NCBI GenBank assembly: GCA_010405405.1
Contig: MU004235.1
Coordinates: forward strand, 262,538-326,537
Origin: Microthyrium microscopicum
Taxonomy: Eukaryota
Reading direction: 5' to 3'
Length of the DNA: 64,000 nt
Both the position numbers and the translations under genes were made by a program. Below the pieces are notes generated by a model. It had not been told where the DNA came from and searched no databases. It saw nothing but the letters and a program-made list of their open reading frames with translations. Shown here one piece after another: positions 62,387 to 64,000 of this stretch. How positions within the stretch are numbered: the first letter of the stretch is position 1; every line of letters starts with the position of its first letter.

Positions 62387-64000
62387 TCACGACATGCCCA
62401 CACTTTGATATGCATCAGGAAGCACAGAACGTATCGGGCTATCAGCAGGAAGTTTCCTGCGTTGCCAGACCTGATCCATTCTATGACCTGAATCTGCATT
62501 ATCGCCACCAGTAAAAACACCTTTTCCAAGTCCATCGAACCGCAAATTCCAGGTGACTGGACTGGGAAGGAGTTCACCCCACTGGACATCGGTATAGCGT
62601 ACTAGACCATCCGGCGTGTGCACACGTCGAAGTCGACCAAGCTTGTCGTGGGCCACGCGAAGGTTCTTCCACTGAGCCGTGCTTTTGAGAAGACAAGTGA
62701 GAGCAATGATGCTGAGTTCCTGTCCGATGATGCCTGGTCGTCGAGGACCGTCATATGAACCCAAGTTCAAGTAGTATCCTTGAGGGCGGCCGAGAATGAA
62801 ATCATTCTGTTCAGGATAAGATTGGGAAGACTGAGTTTGTATGAGTGAAATGTCTTTGACAAGGATTATCGACACTCACAATATCCAATACAATCGTGTC
62901 TCCAACGGAAACATCCACCATCTCTTCAATTACTTTACCATCCACGATTTTGGTGCTCTTCAGCTGAACAGCCTTTACCTTCTCATCTTTCGGGCTGAAT
63001 ATACGGAGTAATTGAACCTCATGGAAGCGCTGCGCCTCCAGCGCGTATCTTTCAACATCATCATAGACGTCATCTTTGACAATCACCCTTGTGCCAGCCT
63101 CGTTAAGCTTGGAATCAGCCCAGACAATGTCTTGAAGCTTTCGCCATTGCTCAGTTGGTCCATCTTGGTCCACACTCTTGTTCTTACGACTCTTTGGATC
63201 GATAAAGTAAGCAAGCGCTTCGGTAAACGTAGTGACAGTCGATACGCCAGTGCCAAGGACTTGTGCCAGGAGGATTGCAGCAATTTGTTGAGTTGAAAAG
63301 CCACCTTGACCACTGAGAGCATGGACGAGAGAGGCTCCAAGCCTTCTCACATTCTGAACATAGTCTGGGTCACCAGTCACAGCACGCTCGAGCTGCAAGA
63401 TATAGCTTCCGATGACACCTTTTCCAAGGATTGTGGTTTGGTATCTGGCGACGCCCTTCTTGGTGAGTTTTATTAAGAATTGCAAAGACTCTTTGAATGC
63501 ATGCCTCAATTTCCACAGCCGAGCCGGATCAGAATCTTGCGAGCTAAAGCGTTGACAATTGCTCAAGTGCAAATAGATGTCGTTCTCGTCGTATGGTCTT
63601 TCGAGGTGCTGTTCAGTCTTGATCGACTCCCAAAACCCCAAAAAGTCGGCAAAGAAACGGGTGATTAGCGGGATCGCAAAGTCCTTTACCACGTCAATTT
63701 GGTAAATCTGATCGCCATTTGCTTTCTTCTGAAACTTTCGTTGTTCGCGCAATCGTATGTTATTTGCGAGTCCGTCGAAGTATTGGGAGACGCTCTTTCC
63801 CCAGTCCGAAGGGAGAGATTTCCGAATAATGCCATCGGCGACCGACTGAGGAGCCCAATCGCCGGCAATAATGGCTCGAAGTGTTTCATGAGAGATGTCG
63901 CCTGGCTCGATTTCACTTAGTTTAGCCCAATCTGGTGCTGTGGTACCATCAAGTATTTCTTTGATGACATCGTAGTCCGCGATTGTGACAGGAGCTTTCG
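62387..64000 (-). CDS. 3' part (P450-like domain) of a Ppo / linoleate diol synthase-type fatty-acid oxygenase; 5' part outside the window
   Basis: Frame open to the window edge; YQIDVVKD, YALEAQR (ExxR), VGDTIVLD, intron 62831-62879, KNLRVAHDKLGRLRRV, WGELLPSPVTW. Confidence 0.75.

Overview
Filamentous ascomycete DNA (probably a Dothideomycete): short GT-AG introns with CTAAC/CTGAC branch sites and a RIP-mutated block. Bases 1 to ~10,900 are a TpA-rich, stop-riddled relic of a large multi-gene DNA transposon. When RIP changes are reversed by eye it yields a Plavaka/CMC(CACTA)-like DDE transposase, at least two further genes, subterminal repeats and a candidate CACAG-type terminus. From ~12 to 32 kb lies a variable region: an intronless GH13 amylase, an MBOAT-2 acyltransferase, two genes with Myb-like helical domains (one Q/N/H-rich), an intact 978-bp non-coding LTR element (TRIM-like, identical 149-bp LTRs, 4-bp TSD) just upstream of a hexose transporter, and an F-box-like gene. 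From ~33 to 64 kb is gene-dense and largely housekeeping: NOP2, GET5, cofilin, HSP60, MsrA, a secreted PHM-like copper-motif protein, DUF1348, roadblock/LC7, tannase, a membrane protein, an O-methyltransferase, LAS17/WASP, an F-box gene, WBP11, a fasciclin protein, and the 3' part of a Ppo/linoleate-diol-synthase-like gene whose P450 domain lacks the heme Cys. All family calls are from motif recognition by eye; no database searches were run.
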